The notes beneath the pieces are model-generated. The model saw only the letters and a program-made list of their open reading frames with translations. It was not told the origin of the DNA and ran no database searches. A program made the translations under genes and the position numbers. Shown here piece after piece: positions 59,583 through 64,000 of a stretch of 64,000 bases of DNA. The stretch's first letter is position 1, and each line of letters begins with the position of its first letter. The DNA is taken from the NCBI GenBank assembly GCA_963774955.1, contig CAVZGV010000003.1, positions 64,771 through 128,770 of the forward strand. Reading direction: 5' to 3'. The DNA comes from Candidatus Falkowbacteria bacterium. Lineage in GTDB: Bacteria; Patescibacteriota; Patescibacteriia; CAIXNZ01.

Positions 59583-59692
59583 GGTTTCAGCTTAAAGGGA
59601 CAGCAATGTCCCTTTTCTTTTTGAGTGGGTTTGTTATAATCAAAACAGATATGCAAAGGGTAAATCATTGTTCTCTAAAAAAGGAGGCTTAC

Positions 59693-60070
59693 ATGCAGAG
59701 AACTTTTGCAGAAATGATGATCCTGTTCTCAAATACAGATTTGTGCGAATTTTTTCAGATCCCCAATGCTAGTCAGTGGATTGGCATAATTAATCCGAGG
59801 GAAGTCCTGAGTATTCTGTCTGAGGCCGAAGACCAAAATTGGCAAACACGTTTTTGCGGTTTTGTTTCTGCGGAGGCGTACAGTGTCGATTACTCAAGTG
59901 TGGTGGAAATAGAGGCCGCACTTGACGAGTTAGATGAAATTTTTGTTTTGGTGGAAGAACAACCTGAACGGGTTAGTTCTTATCTGGCAGGCATAGATGA
60001 ACAGAAAAAAGCCAAGCTTCTCAAAGCGCTGATGTCCCAGTTGTTGCTGGAAGATTTGATTCAAGTTTGA
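59693..60070 (+). CDS. Hypothetical acidic protein
   Basis: AAGGAGG SD before ATG 59693, TATAAT upstream, terminator ~60078-60115. Confidence 0.6.
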   Translation: MQRTFAEMMILFSNTDLCEFFQIPNASQWIGIINPREVLSILSEAEDQNWQTRFCGFVSAEAYSVDYSSVVEIEAALDELDEIFVLVEEQPERVSSYLAGIDEQKKAKLLKALMSQLLLEDLIQV

Positions 60071-60290
60071 ACAATAGAGGCCTTGTCGGGTAATTCTGGC
60101 AGGGCTTTTTCTTTTCGTTGATTCCTGTTAAAATAGCAGCATTGGGTAATTTCAGGTATAAATCACCAATCATCAATAATCAATAACCAAACAAATTTTA
60201 AATTCAAATATCAAATAATTTTGAGTTTTGTTATTTAGTTATTGGGTATTATTTGATGATTGAGATTTGATTATTGGTTATTAATCACCT

Positions 60291-61538
60291 ATGGATTTAT
60301 TTGATCAAAATTTAAAAGAAAGCGCGCCTTTGGCTGACCGGATGCGACCGCTTGATTTTAAGGACTTTGTTGGCCAGGAACAAATTGTAGGCGAAAAAAC
60401 CCTATTGCGCCAAGCCATTGAGGCTGATAATCTACCTTCAATTATTTTTTGGGGACCGCCCGGAACCGGCAAAACGACCTTGGCCAAAATAATAGCCCAA
60501 AAGACCTCGGCGTTTTTTGAGCCTTTTTCAGCTGTGGCTTCAGGCGTGAAAGAATTGCGGGAGGTTATAAAAGCGGCCATTGAGCGCAAGAAATTTAAAA
60601 ACCAAAAGACGATTTTATTCATTGATGAAATCCACCGCTGGAATAAATCACAGCAGGATGCGCTTTTACCGTTCGTGGAAAAGGGGATTGTAACTCTGAT
60701 TGGAGCGACCACGGAAAATCCGTCTTTTGAAGTTAATTCCGCTTTATTATCCCGTTGCCGGGTGTTTGTTTTAAACTTGCTGGACCAGGAACAATTAAAA
60801 CAAATAATAAAGAATGCACTTAGCGATAAAGACAGGGGTTTGGGTAATTTAAAAATTGACATGCCGGCAGAAGTTTCTGATTTTTTAACCCAAATGGCCA
60901 ACGGCGATGCCCGGACGGTTTTGAATGCTTTGGAGTTTGCAGCTAATTCCAGCCAGCCTGATGAAGACGGAAAAATTATTTTAGATAAAAAAATCATTGA
61001 GCAGGCTTTGCAAAAAAGTTATCTTTACGATAAGGCCGGGGAACAACATTACAATATAATTTCTGCTTTGCATAAATCCATGCGTGGTTCTGATGCCAAT
61101 GCTTCATTGTACTGGTTGGGGCGCATGGTTGAGTCAGGCGAGGATCCTTTATACATTGCGCGGCGTTTAGTCCGGTTTGCCTCCGAAGATATTGGTTTAG
61201 CTGACCCCCAGGCTTTGGTTCAGGCTGTTTCAGCCTATACTGCCTGCCATTACTTGGGTTATCCTGAATGTGATGTGATTTTAGCCCAGGCCGTTGCTTA
61301 TTTAGCCAAAGCACCGAAAAGTAATAAACTTTATACTGCCATTGGCCAGGTTAAACAGGATATTAAGAATTTACCCAATGAGCCAGTGCCTTTGCATTTG
61401 CGCAACGCGCCAACCAAATTGATGCAGGATTTAGATTATGGCAAGGGGTATAAATATACACCTAATTTTAAAGATGCCGAGGAAGCCAAGCAGGATTATC
61501 TGCCGGAAAAGTTAAAAGGGAAAAAGTATCTTGACTAA
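60291..61538 (+). CDS. rarA: Replication-associated recombination protein A (MgsA/RarA)
   Basis: PLADRMRP, WGPPGTGKTT, DEIHR, GATTENP, ISALHKSMRGSD, ASEDIGLAD. Confidence 0.97.
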   Translation: MDLFDQNLKESAPLADRMRPLDFKDFVGQEQIVGEKTLLRQAIEADNLPSIIFWGPPGTGKTTLAKIIAQKTSAFFEPFSAVASGVKELREVIKAAIERKKFKNQKTILFIDEIHRWNKSQQDALLPFVEKGIVTLIGATTENPSFEVNSALLSRCRVFVLNLLDQEQLKQIIKNALSDKDRGLGNLKIDMPAEVSDFLTQMANGDARTVLNALEFAANSSQPDEDGKIILDKKIIEQALQKSYLYDKAGEQHYNIISALHKSMRGSDANASLYWLGRMVESGEDPLYIARRLVRFASEDIGLADPQALVQAVSAYTACHYLGYPECDVILAQAVAYLAKAPKSNKLYTAIGQVKQDIKNLPNEPVPLHLRNAPTKLMQDLDYGKGYKYTPNFKDAEEAKQDYLPEKLKGKKYLD

Positions 61539-61590
61539 AATTTATTCAAATAATAAGATACCAACAAACAGCTAACAAGGAGGGTTTAAA

Positions 61591-61872
61591 ATGGCGGGAA
61601 TAGCGGTTAGGCCGAATGCTTCGGAGTACCATGAAATCACCAGCCTGTCGATTGATGACCATGGTTGGGAAGTCGTAACCAAAGAAGGTAAAAAGTTCCA
61701 TTTTGACGGCAGGCCAATTTGGGCGGAACATCTTGACAAGGCTGACACGCTCTTGGTTGATGTCAAAAGGGGCTTTGTGCTTATTCCGCCTTTACAGCCG
61801 ATTCCCCATAAGATTTATGATCCTGGGGAACGGTCAGCTGACAAGGGCCGAGAAGTGATTGAGAGTCCTTGA
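61591..61872 (+). CDS. Hypothetical protein
   Basis: AAGGAGG SD, terminator ~61890-61919. Confidence 0.55.
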   Translation: MAGIAVRPNASEYHEITSLSIDDHGWEVVTKEGKKFHFDGRPIWAEHLDKADTLLVDVKRGFVLIPPLQPIPHKIYDPGERSADKGREVIESP

Positions 61873-62013
61873 ATTTAACTTTTTTCATTTAAAGCGCACC
61901 AGCGGGTGTGCTTTTTTTTATAGTAGAAAAATTGAAAATAGAAAATATTTAGGGGATTGACAGGAGTGATTTTTATTGCTACGATTTGAAATCAATAAAG
62001 GGAGGGCAAGACA

Positions 62014-62235
62014 ATGAAAATTCGGAACTTGATCAATGGGCTTCTCGTAGGATTGAAGCGATACTATCAGGCAAGGAAGTTGCACTATCGTCTTTCACGC
62101 CTGAAAACCGAAGTGCATAATCATCCAGAGACAAGACCCAGGATACTATTTACTGGCACAGGCGGACGCATACGCGATGTGCCAGTGGGTCCTATTGAGT
62201 TTAAAGTTGAGCCGGAAAAAGATATCAAGCTTTAA
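62014..62235 (+). CDS. Small basic hypothetical protein
   Basis: TTGACA(61957)-17-TACGAT promoter, GGAGG SD, terminator ~62262-62294. Confidence 0.55.
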   Translation: MKIRNLINGLLVGLKRYYQARKLHYRLSRLKTEVHNHPETRPRILFTGTGGRIRDVPVGPIEFKVEPEKDIKL

Positions 62236-62403
62236 TTTGAGCGAAAACATTAATTTAAATCGCTCTGAGGTATATTACCTCGGGGCTTTTTTTTATGGCT
62301 GTTATTTGGTAAAATAAAGGTAGAATTTAAGTGTTAAAGCGTTTAAGCATTTAAGCACTAAAATTCTTAAATTCTGTAACTCTAAAACACTAACTTTAAA
62401 ATT

Positions 62404-62742
62404 ATGAAAATTCTCCTTCGTTGGCTAATTAACACGATCGCCATTATGCTCATGGCTCTTTATTTGCCGGGCATTGGCGTGTCCAGCTTTTATGCGGCTT
62501 TAATCGCAGCTTTGGTTTTGGGTATAATTAACGCTTTAATCAGACCATTGCTGGTCTTGCTGACCTTACCCATCAATTTACTAACCTTAGGTTTATTTAC
62601 ACTTTTGATCAACGCCTTTTTATTCTGGTTTACCAGTACGATTGTCAAAGGCTTTACCGTGGCTGGATTTTGGCCGGCTTTCTGGGGCGCTTTGATTATG
62701 TGTCTGGTTTCTTGGGTGACAAGTTGGTTGATTAAAAAATAA
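62404..62742 (+). CDS. YvlD/DUF360 (phage holin family 4) membrane protein
   Basis: ALVLGIINALIRP.L..LTLPI..LTLGLF..INA. Confidence 0.9.
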   Translation: MKILLRWLINTIAIMLMALYLPGIGVSSFYAALIAALVLGIINALIRPLLVLLTLPINLLTLGLFTLLINAFLFWFTSTIVKGFTVAGFWPAFWGALIMCLVSWVTSWLIKK

Positions 62743-62881
62743 GCACCAAATAGCAAATCGCAAGCTCCAAATAATCGACAAATAACAAATTTTTAAATTA
62801 CAAACTTGTTTGAGGTTTAATTTTTATAATTTAAAATTTATTTGATGTTTGTTATTTGAGTTTTGTAATTTTAAGAATACT

Positions 62882-63433
62882 ATGTCTGACTTCGAGTTAA
62901 AAGAAAAGCTGCTACTCCACACCTGCTGCGCGCCGTGCAGCATATACGTGATTAACCAGTTATTGGATAGATTTGACCTGACTGTATATTTTTTTAATCC
63001 TAATATTTTCCCTGAAGATGAATATTTGCAGCGTTTGGCCGAAGTTAAAGAATTTTGCCGCCGCAAACGGATTGATTATATAGAGGAACACTATCAGCCT
63101 AAAGACTGGTTGGGCTTTGTTCGCGGTTATGAACAGGAGCCGGAAAAGGGGTTTCGCTGCGATTTGTGCTTTTTATTGCGTTTGAGCAAAACTGCCGAAT
63201 TTGCCCAGACAAACGGCTTTGATTGGTTCAGCACGACCCTGACCATGGGTCGGCAGAAAAACTCCTTGCAAGTTTTGAACGCAGGGCGTAAAGTAGAAGG
63301 TAAGTACCGGGTTAAATTCTGGGACCAGGATTTTAAAAAGAAATACGGGACTCAGATCGCTGATTGGTTGGCGAGTCGGTTGGGGTTGTATCGGCAGGAT
63401 TATTGCGGTTGTGTCTTCTCAAAGAAATCTTAA
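62882..63433 (+). CDS. queH: Epoxyqueuosine reductase QueH (DUF208)
   Basis: LLHTCCAPCS, NPNI, RCDLC, YRQDYCGCVFS. Confidence 0.92.
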   Translation: MSDFELKEKLLLHTCCAPCSIYVINQLLDRFDLTVYFFNPNIFPEDEYLQRLAEVKEFCRRKRIDYIEEHYQPKDWLGFVRGYEQEPEKGFRCDLCFLLRLSKTAEFAQTNGFDWFSTTLTMGRQKNSLQVLNAGRKVEGKYRVKFWDQDFKKKYGTQIADWLASRLGLYRQDYCGCVFSKKS

Positions 63434-63478
63434 ACACGGATTTTTAATCACTGATTACACTGATTTTCACAGATATAT

Positions 63479-63851
63479 ATGGGACTATTTATATCAAGAT
63501 ATTACTTATAAAATTAATGGAGCAGCTTTCCGATGTTATAATAAATTGAGCTATGGATACAGGGAAAAGTTTTACCACAGGGGCTTTGCCGAAGAATTAA
63601 AATTGGAATTATTAAAGTTTAAACATGAATGCCCCGTCAAATTAATTTATAATGGTAAAATTATAGGTAAATATTATATTGATTTTGTTGTTGAGGATAA
63701 AATAGCCGTAGAGATACAAATTGCCAATGATTTTTACGTGAGGGATATTAAACAATTATTTAGTTATTTAAAGGCAAAGAATTTAAAGCTGGGCTTGTTG
63801 ATTATTTTTAATAAAGATGGAGTTAAGATTAAACGTATAATTAATTCATAA
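63479..63851 (+). CDS. GxxExxY protein (PD-(D/E)xK-like); probable start ATG 63479 with a 1-nt indel
   Basis: GYREKFY = GxxExxY, DFVVEDKIAVE, QLFSYLK..LGLLIIF; flanked by CACAGAT/ATCTGTG inverted repeats. Confidence 0.85.
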
Positions 63852-63893
63852 TCTGTGTTTATCTGCGAGGATAAATCAGTGTTTAAGTTCACT

Positions 63894-64000
63894 ATGAGTC
63901 CTGACAAATGGGAAGAAATAAAAGACATGGCCAAGAAGAATTTTGAGGTTTTGGAAATAGGTAAAAGTGAAAATGAGGACGTAATTACCGAGGAGTTAAT
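63894..64000 (+). CDS. Hypothetical protein, truncated at window end
   Basis: MSPDKWEEIKDMAKKNFEV.. open to the edge. Confidence 0.55.
   Translation, partial: MSPDKWEEIKDMAKKNFEVLEIGKSENEDVITEEL

Noticed and set aside
62404-62742. Holin-family gene as evidence of a prophage
   Set aside because: YvlD/DUF360 proteins are common chromosomal membrane proteins, and no phage structural, lysis or integrase genes are nearby.
1-64000. Alternative genetic code (UGA=Gly as in Gracilibacteria/Absconditabacteria)
   Set aside because: Long conserved genes are open in code 11 and comF ends at TGA at the expected position; the gene breaks are indels, not in-frame TGA.

Overview
Low-GC bacterial chromosome segment in standard code (TGA is used as stop). 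Gene content and style point to a Patescibacteria/CPR (Parcubacteria-like) genome; this is inference from the PrgI/VirB4 module, a Cys-rich VirB2-like pilin, DUF4012, alpha2-type GlyRS, tRNA-Arg(GCG), and housekeeping genes without Shine-Dalgarno sites. Core genes: comF, recG, mpg, radA, htpX/lemA, PMM/PGM, murI, rseP, pheS/pheT, four GT2 glycosyltransferases, mreB, holB, frr, glyQS, tpiA, rpmG, rarA, queH and six tRNAs. Several genes, including essential pheS, carry single-base frameshifts that look like assembly indels. The most striking signal is a population of ~30-bp palindromic micro-insertions in two main families. They sit in frame inside recG, mpg, pheT, glyQS and a GT2 gene, are sometimes nested, occur inside duplicated tRNA fragments and a T-box leader, and one filled/empty site pair is visible within the window. 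Alongside them are two copies of a DUF559-nuclease + hairpin module (one duplicating the radA 5' end), a GxxExxY gene with filled and empty inverted-repeat copies, many intergenic 7-nt-period hairpins, a compact glycine T-box, stacked promoter-SD-gene-terminator cassettes and a candidate structured ncRNA.
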